Assembly: GCA_963736735.1 (NCBI GenBank)
Contig: CAVTPX010000002.1
Location: forward strand, 83,837 to 147,836
DNA length: 64,000 nucleotides
Origin: an uncultured Bacteroidales bacterium
GTDB lineage: Bacteria; Bacteroidota; Bacteroidia; Bacteroidales; VadinHA17
Direction: 5' to 3'
The notes below the pieces were generated by a model. It had not been told where the DNA came from. It ran no database searches and saw only the letters and a list, made by a program, of their open reading frames with translations. The stretch's first letter is position 1, and each line of letters starts with the position of its first letter. Position numbers and translations under genes: made by a program. Positions 10,220 to 20,399 of this stretch are shown here, piece after piece.

Positions 10220-11867
10220 TTGAGGATGAATGGGACAAAGACTTTGACAATACCGTATTCTCTTGACCAGAGCTTCAGCAGGTACGGTGAGAACAAGGCG
10301 TTGGGATTTGTGGGAGAAGAAGTTCTCACGTACAACGAATTGAAGAGATCGCTTGAGGCGGTAATGGCAATGCTTGAAAAGTATTCCATCGGCCGCGGAG
10401 ATAAGGTTGCAATCCTGAGTGGCAGCATGCCAAACTGGGGTGTTACATACCTTGCAATTACATCGATGGGTGCCGTGGTAGTGCCCGTTCTCCCGGATTT
10501 TACACCGGAAGAAGTATCCAATGTTCTCCGCCACTCGGAGACAGCGGCAATATTTGTTTCCGGTGCTCTTACCGGTAAGCTTGCCGGCTTCTCGTCTGCG
10601 AGCCTGAGACTCCTTATTACCCTGGATGACTTTGCCGTTATCTCAGGTTACAACGGAACAGGTTATGACCCTGTCGCAAAACCCGAAAAGACGTATCCCG
10701 TTGAGGAGGAGGATATTGCAGCTCTCATTTACACATCCGGCACAACTGGAAAATCAAAGGGCGTGATGCTCACGCACAAGAACCTGTGCTGGACTGCTGA
10801 AAAGACACTGACTATTCAGCGGGTTAATGACAAGGATATCTTCCTGAGCATCCTTCCCCTTTCACACACTTATGAGCAGACCCTGGGTCTTATTCTGCCG
10901 GTCTTCTGCGGTGCGTCTGTCTACTATCTGCGCAAACCGCCGACACCTGCCGTATTGCTGCCTGCCCTGGAGCTCGTGAAGCCCACGACAATGCTTACAG
11001 TGCCGCTGATAATGGAAAAGATCTATTTCAACAAAATAGCACCCACCTTCCGTAACAGCAAGGTTTTGTCAGTTCTTTACGGCATACCCTTGTTCCGGAA
11101 GGTCCTGAACAAGGCTGCCGGCAAGAAGATTTACAAAACCTTCGGAGGCAGACTGAGATTCTTCGGAATCGGAGGAGCGAAACTCAATCCCACAGTTGAA
11201 AAATTCCTCATCGAAGCAAAATTTCCGTATGCAATAGGGTACGGACTGACAGAGACATCACCGCTGCTGGCCGGAACAAGTGTCGGCAGTCCGAGGCTGG
11301 GGTCAACAGGTCCGGCAATGGAAGGCGTCACGCTTAAAGATCAACCACCCGGATCCTGCAACAGGAGAAGGAGAAGTCTGGGCCAGGGGCGAAAACGTTA
11401 TGAAGGGCTATTACAATGATCCGGTCATGACCGCTGAAGTTCTGACACCTGACGGATGGTTCCGTACCGGAGACCTTGGAGTCATGGACAAAAACGGTTA
11501 CCTGAGCCTCAAGGGCAGACTCAAGAATATGATAGTCGGATCGAGCGGAGAGAATATCTATCCGGAAGAAATAGAATCTGTTATCAACGACTATAGTCTT
11601 GTAATCGAATCGCTTGTCGTCCAGAAAAAAGGGAAACTGGTTGCGATGGTCCACCTCAACATGGATGAACTTCAGGCCAAATACCAGGCAATGAAGAAGG
11701 AGCTGACAGAGCAGGCCGAAGTCAAACTGGATGAATACATGGAAGAGATCCGCAAATATGTGAACTCTAAAGTCAATAAATTCAGTCAGATACAGATGGT
11801 TGAATTTCAGCCAGAGCCGTTTCAGAAAACTGCAACACTGAAAATCAAGAGATTTTTATATTGCTGA
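10220..11867 (+). pseudogene. Long-chain acyl-CoA ligase (AMP-binding family) with one frame break near 11339
   Basis: 'YTSGTTGKSKGV' P-loop, 'GYGLTETS', 'WFRTGDLG', 'GRLKNMI'. ORFs 10220-11419 and 11280-11867 join as '...MEGVTLK|INHPDPATGEGEVWARG' if one base is removed. Confidence 0.85.
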
Positions 11868-11971
11868 TTTACTGCGATCCGGCTTTTATTTCAAGTACTA
11901 TCTTTTCACCCTTTTTTACAGTAAACCTGTAACCCTGCGGTGTGTCGTCATATGATGCCGACGATGTGAAT

Positions 11972-14201
11972 TCACGGTTTCCGAATAGCCGGCTTCAGGC
12001 AGACAGCACCCCCTTTTTCCGGAATCAGTACTATGCGGGTCAGCAAACCCTCCTTCATTGTTGCGCTTACGAGTACTGCCCCTTCGGCACGGAGACTTTC
12101 AAACGAGACATCCTTCCATTCCGGGGGAATGGCGGGAAACACCTCGATCATGCCCCTGTGGCTCTGCAGAAGCATCTCCTGGATGCCGGAGGCAAATGCG
12201 AAGTTGCCCTCGAGAGTAAAGGGCCGGTAAGTCATTTTTGATTTCCCGGTGCCCGACTGATCGCCGTTTACATGAAAGCTGTTGGGGAGGCAGAAGCATT
12301 CAGCAAAAGTCCTCAGCGCCCCGGCCGCTTCTGTACCTCTCCCCGCCCGTGCATAAAGGTTGCCAAGCCAGGCCCAGGAATAGCCTGTCCAGTTGTCAGG
12401 TCCCTGTAATACAAGGTTTTTCAGCGATTTTTCAATGATCTCCCTGTCGGCATCTGAGGATGAAATATCAATGAGGCCCAGCGGGTATACAGACATCAGA
12501 TGAGAAAAATGCCTGTGCGACTCGGAATAAGGATGCCCCGGAGCGATCATCAGGCCGCTTTCCGGGTCTGAAGCAAGCTGAGGCCATTCTGAAAGGATGT
12601 CCAGCCATCTCTTGCTTTCATCTTCAAGGCCCAGCACTGAAGCCGTTTCTGCGGCTTTTACAAATGTCCATCTTGTGAGCGAAAGATCAAAGTTTGTGAT
12701 TTCCGGAAACCAGGCATCGCGGCTGTTGTCATTGAATTCAGGACTTGAACTGATGGGGTATTTCCTGAGGCCGTTTTCGTCTTTTACTGAAAGCTTGTCC
12801 AGATGAAGGGCCACTCCGCTGATCCAGGGATAGACGCGCTCCTTCAGGAACAGCGTATCAGAGGTGTATTTCCACTGCAACCAGAAGTGATGGGCCAGCC
12901 AGGCAGAGACCGTGGGGCCGAAGGAATACTGGATCCAGCCACCCATGGGTTCCCCTGCAAGGGTTGTCACACCAGGAACATTAAGCCCTTCATTTTCAAA
13001 ATATCCCTTTGTATATTTTCTGAATGTTTCACGCTTTTCCCACAGCCAGTTTGTAAACCCGGCGGAAAGATCCGTATGATTGGCACCGTATGCCGGCCAA
13101 TAACTTAACTGGGTGTTGAGGTCGTGATGAAAATCTCCCTTCCATGGCGGCAGCTGACCGTTATCTGCTGTCCATACAGCCTGAAGAGATATTGGCGGAG
13201 TGTCAGCCCTGGCGGCAGAGCCGAACTTGTACATTTCCAGGTACCACTGACGTTCAAGGAGAGTGTCAGGAAGGGAGAGCCCGGAGGCTGACCAGAAATC
13301 ACGCCACCAGGCGGTGTGATTTTCAAGTGCTTCCAGGTAATTTTCCAATGACGGACTATGGCCGTCTCCGGTAATTTTTTCCGCAGCAGACCGTGCCGGG
13401 TAGTTTCCGGAAATCATTTCCACTGCCTTTTCATCGGAAAATGAAGAAATATTCCAGCATCCTGTTGTCTCCACATTTCCGGAAGTCCAGGACAGATCTA
13501 CTGAATAGCTGAAGCCGCCCCAGCATTTTTGAATGTAAGTTGACGAATTTGCTCCTGAGGTTACAACGCCCTGTTCATAACCAAGCCGTCAACGACCGTA
13601 TGAAATGAACTCCTGCAGGGTTTCCGGCGGCTTCGTTCTTCCCGTATGCAGGGGGTACAATGACCCCGGAGGGCAGGTTTCCGCCCGTAAACCGGTACCA
13701 ACCACCTCCGCCGGAGGCATCCACGAACAACTCCAGATTAGCTCCCTGTTTCCAGTTTACGTGGCAAACCGCTCTTTCTGTATCAAGCCACACCCTGCTG
13801 ACAGGTCCGAGACCTGAAATATCAAATTCTATTGCTGCCCCTGGTATTTTTGTCGGAGCTGCCAGGCGATCATAAGGAGCGTCAAAATTCTTCTGTACCG
13901 CCCCGTAGGTGTTATTCAGCCACTGGTCATAGACCCACTTGTATTTCCATTCCGGTATTCCGATGTTTTCCATTGGCCGGAGATCCCACAGATCGGCCCT
14001 GTCAACTGAGATTCGCAGCCTGCCATCTTTTTGCCATACGAGGGCGCCTGTCATGCCATTCCCAAGCGGTATCCCCTCATCCCAGGACTCCGGAATGGTT
14101 GTAAACAGAAGATCGTGCCTGCCGGGTTCAATTACACTCTTGTCCCTGCACGACGAGAGAACTATAATTAAAATCAGGGTTGCGATTGTACTTTTTATCA
14201 T
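11972..14201 (-). pseudogene. GH95-like glycoside hydrolase lipoprotein with one frame break near 13579
   Basis: Lipoprotein signal 'LILIIVLSSC' and N-domain 'WDEGIPLGNGMTGALVW'. Catalytic-region pattern 'LQAVWTADNGQLPPWKGDFHHDLNTQLSYWP'. The two ORFs (13575-14201 and 11972-13474 plus its open upstream frame) join at '...SLTAW|YEQGVV'. Confidence 0.75.
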
Positions 14202-14349
14202 GATTTGATTTTTATTTCAGATATATGATTGCCGGCCGGCGGACTTGATTATTGTGTTGGGTAAAGATGTGCCGGCATAACATGTGGGTTTCATATTTGC
14301 CTTGCAATATATTTTTTTGCTACTTTGCTGCAAATTACAAAAAAGAGAG

Positions 14350-14958
14350 ATGTCCCTTAAAACGAAATCCCTGCTACTTATCTTTTCAATACTGATAATT
14401 GATCAGGTAGTAAAGATCCTGGTCAAGACCAGCATGGTGATAGGCGACGAGATCCCGATGATGGGAGGCTTGTTCAGGATTCATTTTCTTGAAAACAACG
14501 GCATGGCATTCGGGATGGAATGGGGAGGAAAAGCAGGCAAGGCGGCACTCACTGTTTTCAGGTTGTTAGCCATCGTGGGCATATGCTGGTACCTTAACAG
14601 CATCATCCGCAGCAAGGCACGCACGGGTCTGATACTTGCCGTCAGTGCAATAGTGGCAGGAGCCACCGGAAACCTTATTGACAGTGCATTTTACGGAATG
14701 ATATTCAGTGAAAGCTGGCATGTGCCGGCAGTGATGTTCCCGGAAGGAGGCGGATATTCCTCATTCCTTCATGGCCGGGTTGTAGATATGCTTTATTTCC
14801 CGATAATTGACGCCCACTGGCCGTCATGGTCGCCTTTCAGACCCGGGGAATCGTTTATTTTTTTCAGGCCCGTATTTAACCTGGCAGATGCATCTATAAC
14901 GACAGGCGTTCTCTCAATACTCGTATTTCAGAAGAAATTTCTGGGCGAATCCAAATGA
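14350..14958 (+). CDS. lspA: Lipoprotein signal peptidase II
   Basis: 4-TM protein with 'ENNGMAFGM' and 'FNLADASI' (the two catalytic Asp contexts). ATG 14350 preferred over the upstream GTG. Confidence 0.85.
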   Translation: MSLKTKSLLLIFSILIIDQVVKILVKTSMVIGDEIPMMGGLFRIHFLENNGMAFGMEWGGKAGKAALTVFRLLAIVGICWYLNSIIRSKARTGLILAVSAIVAGATGNLIDSAFYGMIFSESWHVPAVMFPEGGGYSSFLHGRVVDMLYFPIIDAHWPSWSPFRPGESFIFFRPVFNLADASITTGVLSILVFQKKFLGESK

Positions 14959-15255
14959 TCAGGTCCCGCAGCCATTAAGGCAGTAGAGAAGCTGTTTAAG
15001 CTTTTCATCCCTTATCGAATAATAGATATTCTTACCCTCGCGACGGGAGACAAGAACACCCTTATCCTTCATTATTCCAAGGTGATGCGAGGCGGTTGAC
15101 TGTTCCACTTCCAGCATTTTGTGAATTTCGGTAACTGTCATTTTTTTGTTACTCTCGAGGGCATTGAGTATGGAAATCCTCACAGGGTGTGATATAGCTT
15201 TCAGTATTCCTGCCGTTTTTTCAAGCTTTTCCGGATCCAGATTTATATCGCTCAT
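14959..15255 (-). CDS. ArsR/SmtB family transcriptional regulator
   Basis: About 98 aa winged HTH: 'LKAISHPVRISILNAL...MTVTEIHKMLEVEQSTASHHLGIMKDKGVL'. Confidence 0.8.
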   Translation of the reverse strand: MSDINLDPEKLEKTAGILKAISHPVRISILNALESNKKMTVTEIHKMLEVEQSTASHHLGIMKDKGVLVSRREGKNIYYSIRDEKLKQLLYCLNGCGT

Positions 15256-15389
15256 ATGATTTTGACTTGTACTGCAAATGTATGTAAATATGTTCATATG
15301 AAGCATTCGTTTGTCACCGGCACACTTAAGAACAATTTATGACTTGTTCACATTTTATCTTATTTTTGAATCCGCTACGAGAGACGGTA

Positions 15390-16364
15390 ATGCCGACCTT
15401 ATCAGATATCACTAAACCGGTTGCGGGTGAGATGAAGGAGTTTGAATACTACTTCAACCGCACCCTCCAGACCGATGTACCATTCTTTCACATTATTCTG
15501 AACTACATTCTACGGCGTAAGGGCAAGCAGATGAGGCCAATGCTTGTCTTCCTCACAGCAAAGCTGAACGGGAAAATAAATGAGTCTTCCTATATTGCGG
15601 CTACCCATATTGAGCTTCTTCATACGGCAACCCTGGTTCATGATGATGTTGTGGACGAGGCGGTTGAGAGGCGTGGACTTCCTTCAATAAACGCCATCTG
15701 GAATTCAAAGATTGCCGTACTTGTGGGCGACTATCTGCTTGCCCAGGGACTGCTGATAAGTGTTGAAAAAAAGAGTTACGGCATGCTTGAGATAGTGTCA
15801 ACTGCCGTAAAGGAGATAATCAAGGGGGAGCTTGTTCAGCTGCAGAAGACACGAAAGCTGAACATCAGGGAGGAGGACTATTTCCGGATTATAAGAATGA
15901 AAACGGCGACCCTTATCGGGGCGTGCACTGCCTGCGGAGCCAGCTCAGTTACTGATGATGCTGCGGTTATCGCATCAATGAGAGAGTTCGGTGAGACAAT
16001 TGGCATTGCTTTCCAGATAAAGGATGACCTTCTCGATTATACAAGCAACGGCCTCACCGGAAAGAAAGAGGGCAATGACATCAAGGAAAAGAAGATAACC
16101 CTTCCGCTTATTCACGCCCTGCGCGAAGCCGGTCCTTTAGAGCGCAGAAGGATTCTACGGGTAATCAGGAAGAAGAAAAAGGGGAGGAAGGAGATATCGG
16201 GAGTGATCGATTTTGTTAAACGTCACGGGGGACTTGAATATGCTGAATCCAAAATGTCAGAGTATGCAGACCTTGCGATGCGAAAACTTGACGGTTATCC
16301 TGACTCAGAGACAAAAACGGCACTAATTCAGTTTATTCAATATTCAACTTCGCGTAAAAAATGA
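15390..16364 (+). CDS. Polyprenyl diphosphate synthase (IspB-like)
   Basis: Both Asp-rich motifs are present: 'LVHDDVVDEA' and 'FQIKDDLLDY'. Confidence 0.85.
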   Translation: MPTLSDITKPVAGEMKEFEYYFNRTLQTDVPFFHIILNYILRRKGKQMRPMLVFLTAKLNGKINESSYIAATHIELLHTATLVHDDVVDEAVERRGLPSINAIWNSKIAVLVGDYLLAQGLLISVEKKSYGMLEIVSTAVKEIIKGELVQLQKTRKLNIREEDYFRIIRMKTATLIGACTACGASSVTDDAAVIASMREFGETIGIAFQIKDDLLDYTSNGLTGKKEGNDIKEKKITLPLIHALREAGPLERRRILRVIRKKKKGRKEISGVIDFVKRHGGLEYAESKMSEYADLAMRKLDGYPDSETKTALIQFIQYSTSRKK

Positions 16365-16801
16365 AAGATGTTGCTGTTTTCCTGTCAGCCGGCAAATATG
16401 CCGTAGCAGGTGTATCAAGAGACCCAAAGAAATTCGGGCATGTAGTTTTCAAGACTCTTCTCAAAAAGGGAATGGACGTTGTTCCTGTCAATCCCGCCAC
16501 TGACACAATTGACGGTGTCAAATGTTACAATTCGGTCAGTGACCTTCCATCTGACATAAAGGGTGTCATTTTCATGACCCCGAAGGAAGAAACTCTTTCG
16601 GTCGCCAGGGAGGCAATTTCGAAAGGAATTAAAAACTTATGGATTCAGCAGGGGGCAGAATCAAAGACAACAATTTCCGAACTTGAAAAGGAAAATGTCA
16701 ACCTGATCCACAATGAATGTATAATGATGTTCTGGAAGCCGGACGGTGTCCATTCTTTTCACCGTTTTCTGAAGAAAATCTTCGGCCGTCTGCCGGCATA
16801 A
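16361..16801 (+). CDS. CoA-binding domain protein
   Basis: 146 aa, 'AVAGVSRDPKKFGHVVFKTL...VVPVNP' Rossmann-like CoA-binding pattern. ATGA overlap with the upstream gene. Confidence 0.7.
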   Translation: MKDVAVFLSAGKYAVAGVSRDPKKFGHVVFKTLLKKGMDVVPVNPATDTIDGVKCYNSVSDLPSDIKGVIFMTPKEETLSVAREAISKGIKNLWIQQGAESKTTISELEKENVNLIHNECIMMFWKPDGVHSFHRFLKKIFGRLPA

Positions 16802-16896
16802 GCGAATTTATTCGATTCTCATGAAGTTCAGACTGCAGGAAATATCGGTTATACTCCTGTTATAGAGCTCATTAACTCTGTTTTTAAAATTTACTG

Positions 16897-16908
16897 TTCC
16901 ACGTGGAA
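16897..16908. promoter_or_regulatory. 12-bp palindrome TTCCACGTGGAA, 7 nt beyond the uvrC stop
   Basis: Read directly. It has the same core as the 18-bp palindrome at 20378-20395. Confidence 0.4.
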
Positions 16909-16914
16909 AATAGC

Positions 16915-18708
16915 TCATTTACGAAGGGCCGAAGCAATTGCTCCGGCTTTTTTTATGCCAATGACCTTTTCAATCTCGTCCGGAGAGGCTTCGCTGATTT
17001 TTTTTACCGAACCGAATTTTTTAAGCAGAAGCTCTTTTGTCTTCTCCCCGATCCCGGAAATTTCATCCAGGAATGAGCTGTTCATTTTTGAACTCCTCTT
17101 TCCGCGGTGAAAATTTATTCCGAATCTGTGAGCCTCATTTCTGAGGTGTTGAATTATTTTCAGGGTAATTGTGTTCTTGTCGAGGTAAAGAGGGACACTG
17201 TCTCCCGGGAAGTATATCTCCTCAAGTTTTTTGGCAATTCCGATAACCGTTATTTTTCCTCTCAGGCCCAGACTCTCAAGACTTTTAACAGCAGAAGAGA
17301 GCTGACCCTTACCACCGTCTATCACGATAAGCTGTGGCAGAGGTGATTTTTCTTTCAGCATCCTGCTGTACCGCCTGCTGATGACCTCTTCCATCGAGGC
17401 GAAGTCGTCAGGACCCGTGACAGTTTTGATGTTGAAATGACGGTATTCCTTATTCGAGGGCTTTCCGTTGCGGAATACAACACAGGCCGCCACAGCTGAA
17501 TCTCCCTGGATGTTGGAGTTGTCAAAACATTCGATATGAAGGGGCAATGAGGGCATATGAAGATCGTTCTTCATCTTTTCAAGGTTACGCCCTGTCCTGT
17601 TCTCCTTCGACAGTTCTGCAGCCTTTTTCTGCCGTTCAAGCCTGAAGAAGACTGCATTTCGGTTCGCAAGCTCCAGCAGTTTGTGCCTGTCTCCCCGCTG
17701 AGGAACCATGTATTTTATCTTATCCAGCTGAATATCAGGCATAAAGGGTAAGATGATCTCTGGAGAATCACTTGCCACACGTTGCCTGATCTCCGTAACA
17801 GCCGTTGAGAGGAGCGACTCTTTCTCCTCTTCCAGCCTGATTTTCAGTTCAATGGAATATGTCTGAACCACTGCCCCTTCCACCACCTTCATATATGCGA
17901 TGAACATAGATGATTCATCCTGTGAGCATCCGAAAACGTCAACATTTCCTACGGAGGTATTGACAACCACCGATTTACTGCGATAGCGGGCAATCAGTTC
18001 GAGTTTCTCTTTTATCTTTTGCGCTTCCTCGAAGTTAAGGTCGCTGGCATATTTCTGCATAAGCGCCTCAAGATGACCGGTTACAGAGCTTACATCTCCC
18101 CTGATAATAGCTCTGATCCTGGCAATCTGTTCATTATGCTCCTCTTCACTGACCAATCCAATGCAGGGGGCCTTGCAGTTGCCCAGGTGGTATTCAAGAC
18201 ATACTTTGAACCGGCCCTCTTCTATAGCCTTCCGGTTAAGTGGAAGAGAGCAGGTACGGATCTGAAAAAGGTGACGAATGAGGTCAAGCAGTGTCCTGAC
18301 GGCCGGCACAGATGTATATGGACCGTAATATGAAGAGCCGTCAGCAATGACTTTCCGCGTCAGAAATATCCGTGGAAAGTGCTCATTCTTTATGCATATC
18401 CACGGATAAGTCTTGTCGTCTTTAAGCAGGATATTATACCTTGGCTGATGATTTTTAATTATGTTGTTTTCGAGCAGGAGCGCATCAGACTCATTGTCAA
18501 CAACGATGTGCCTCAATTCAGTGGCACGTGAGAGCATGACCCTGGTTTTTCCCGACTGGTTTTTGGCAAAGTATGAAGCAACGCGCTTTCTCAGACTAAT
18601 TGCCTTGCCGACATAAAGGATTGTACCGGAAGAGTCAATGAACTGGTACACCCCCGGCCTGTCAGGCAGGGCCGAAACCGAAGATTTTATGGAGTCAGGA
18701 TTGTTCAA
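16915..18708 (-). CDS. uvrC: Excinuclease ABC subunit C
   Basis: GIY-YIG N-terminus 'PGVYQFIDSSGTILYVGKAISLRKRVASYF', UvrBC domain, Endo V-like and C-terminal HhH. TTG start. Confidence 0.95.
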   Translation of the reverse strand: MNNPDSIKSSVSALPDRPGVYQFIDSSGTILYVGKAISLRKRVASYFAKNQSGKTRVMLSRATELRHIVVDNESDALLLENNIIKNHQPRYNILLKDDKTYPWICIKNEHFPRIFLTRKVIADGSSYYGPYTSVPAVRTLLDLIRHLFQIRTCSLPLNRKAIEEGRFKVCLEYHLGNCKAPCIGLVSEEEHNEQIARIRAIIRGDVSSVTGHLEALMQKYASDLNFEEAQKIKEKLELIARYRSKSVVVNTSVGNVDVFGCSQDESSMFIAYMKVVEGAVVQTYSIELKIRLEEEKESLLSTAVTEIRQRVASDSPEIILPFMPDIQLDKIKYMVPQRGDRHKLLELANRNAVFFRLERQKKAAELSKENRTGRNLEKMKNDLHMPSLPLHIECFDNSNIQGDSAVAACVVFRNGKPSNKEYRHFNIKTVTGPDDFASMEEVISRRYSRMLKEKSPLPQLIVIDGGKGQLSSAVKSLESLGLRGKITVIGIAKKLEEIYFPGDSVPLYLDKNTITLKIIQHLRNEAHRFGINFHRGKRSSKMNSSFLDEISGIGEKTKELLLKKFGSVKKISEASPDEIEKVIGIKKAGAIASALRK

Positions 18709-18738
18709 ACAGCTTATTTTTACCTTGAAACACCATGA

Positions 18739-20358
18739 TTATTCAGTAAATAGCGGCACAAACCTGAAGGCGTTGCCGTCAAACAGACCTTTATCGCTCA
18801 GTTTAAGTTCAGGTATTACAAGTAATGCCATGAAAGAGAGAGTCATAAAGGGGGCATCAAGTGAACATCCGAGCCTTTTTGCAGTCTCTGTGAGCCTGAG
18901 GTAATTTGAAGCTACGGCCGATACCGGCATGTCTGACATTATTCCTGCCACCGGTAGCCGGAGTATTTCGCAGTCATTGTCAGAAACAACGGCCATCCCT
19001 CCTCCGGCGTCAATGACTGCATTTATTGCCTCAGTAATCTCTCCGTCTGTAACTCCTACAGCAATTATGTTGTGACTGTCGTGAGCCACGGAGGTTGCCA
19101 ATGCTCCTTTTTTTAATCCGAATCCACTTATAAATCCAATTGAAGGCGGAGCGTCATTATACCTTTCCTTTACAACTATTTTAAGAATGTCTTCGGCAGG
19201 TCTGGACCTGACCGTTGCTTCATTTCCGGCATCGGCCACCATAGATCCTGTAATCAGTTCGCCATTAACAGCGGTGATTACCCGTATTTTGGCGCCTTCT
19301 CTTTTAACTGCAATTTCCTTTGTCAGGATTCTGTTGCAGTTGAAATTGTTCATTCTGCCCACAGATCCGGGTCCGAAAAGAGTTCTGTCACCGTCGAAAA
19401 CCATTTTTCCGTTTATCCAGGTCTGCATAACCTTCATTGTACGCGGGCTGTCAACCACTATGAAATCTGCCCTGTCTCCTACTCTTAACAAACCGTTCTT
19501 TAAACCATAATGTGCGGCTGCATTAACAGAGGCGGCTCTCAGTACATTGAAGAGACTATATCCGGAGGTAACCAGCCGTGAAACGAGCCGGTTTATATGG
19601 CCCTTATCAAGCATTTCAGGATGAAGATCGTCACTGCAAAGCATAACCATTTCGGGATGGGAGTCAACCAGGGGTGCCAGCGCGTCGAGGTTCCTTGCAG
19701 CGCTTCCTTCGCGTATAAGGATTTTCATTCCCAGGGAAATTTTTTCCAGGGCTTCTTCGATAGTTGAACATTCGTGGTCAGTTGATATTCCCGCTGCCGC
19801 ATATTTCTTAAGATTTTCACCGGTAAGCCCCGGGGCGTGGCCGTCAATTACAACACCGGCGTCTCTTGCAATCTTCAGTTTCAGGGCGACTGTTTCATCT
19901 CCGTAAATAACTCCGGGAAAATTCATCATCTCCGCCAGGTAGCCTATTCTTTTGTCATTCAACAGAAGTCTGATTTCATCCACTCCCAGTATGGCTCCTG
20001 AACTTTCAAATGATGTTGCCGGTACGCAGGAAGGTGCGCCAAAAGAAAACATCAACGGCACTGTTTCAGCATTATCAAGCATAAAGTTAATTCCTTTAAT
20101 TCCCATGACGTTTGCAATCTCATGGGGATCTGAAACCACAGATACGGTTCCGTGTTTTACTGCCGCAACTGCAAAATGGGACGGAGTCACCATTGAGCTT
20201 TCAATGTGTACATGGGCATCAACCAATCCCGGCATTATATATACATCCGGCACTGTCTCAATTTCTTCAATCGAAACAATCCTGCCTGCATCAAATGTGA
20301 TCTCCCCCGCATATATCCTTGTTCTATGCAGGTCTACAATGTTTCCCGAAATTTTCAT
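18739..20358 (-). CDS. ade: Adenine deaminase
   Basis: Amidohydrolase metal motif 'PGLVDAHVHIESSM'. 539 aa, the typical Ade length and layout. Confidence 0.85.
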   Translation of the reverse strand: MKISGNIVDLHRTRIYAGEITFDAGRIVSIEEIETVPDVYIMPGLVDAHVHIESSMVTPSHFAVAAVKHGTVSVVSDPHEIANVMGIKGINFMLDNAETVPLMFSFGAPSCVPATSFESSGAILGVDEIRLLLNDKRIGYLAEMMNFPGVIYGDETVALKLKIARDAGVVIDGHAPGLTGENLKKYAAAGISTDHECSTIEEALEKISLGMKILIREGSAARNLDALAPLVDSHPEMVMLCSDDLHPEMLDKGHINRLVSRLVTSGYSLFNVLRAASVNAAAHYGLKNGLLRVGDRADFIVVDSPRTMKVMQTWINGKMVFDGDRTLFGPGSVGRMNNFNCNRILTKEIAVKREGAKIRVITAVNGELITGSMVADAGNEATVRSRPAEDILKIVVKERYNDAPPSIGFISGFGLKKGALATSVAHDSHNIIAVGVTDGEITEAINAVIDAGGGMAVVSDNDCEILRLPVAGIMSDMPVSAVASNYLRLTETAKRLGCSLDAPFMTLSFMALLVIPELKLSDKGLFDGNAFRFVPLFTE

Positions 20359-20377
20359 ATTGAATTTATTAATAAAT

Positions 20378-20395
20378 ATGTTCCACGTGGAACAT
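20378..20395. promoter_or_regulatory. 18-bp perfect palindrome ATGTTCCACGTGGAACAT between the mnmG stop and the ade start
   Basis: Read directly. It lies 5 nt after the mnmG stop (20400) and 20 nt before the ade ATG (20358). It could form a 7-bp stem with a 4-nt loop, followed by an A/U-rich tract on the minus strand. Confidence 0.45.
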
Positions 20396-20399
20396 CCCC

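Noticed and set aside
15293-15302. 10-bp palindrome TTCATATGAA upstream of the ArsR-family gene as its operator
   Set aside because: It is too short, since several 10-bp palindromes are expected by chance. It does not extend into the 12-2-12 type repeat typical of ArsR/SmtB operators.
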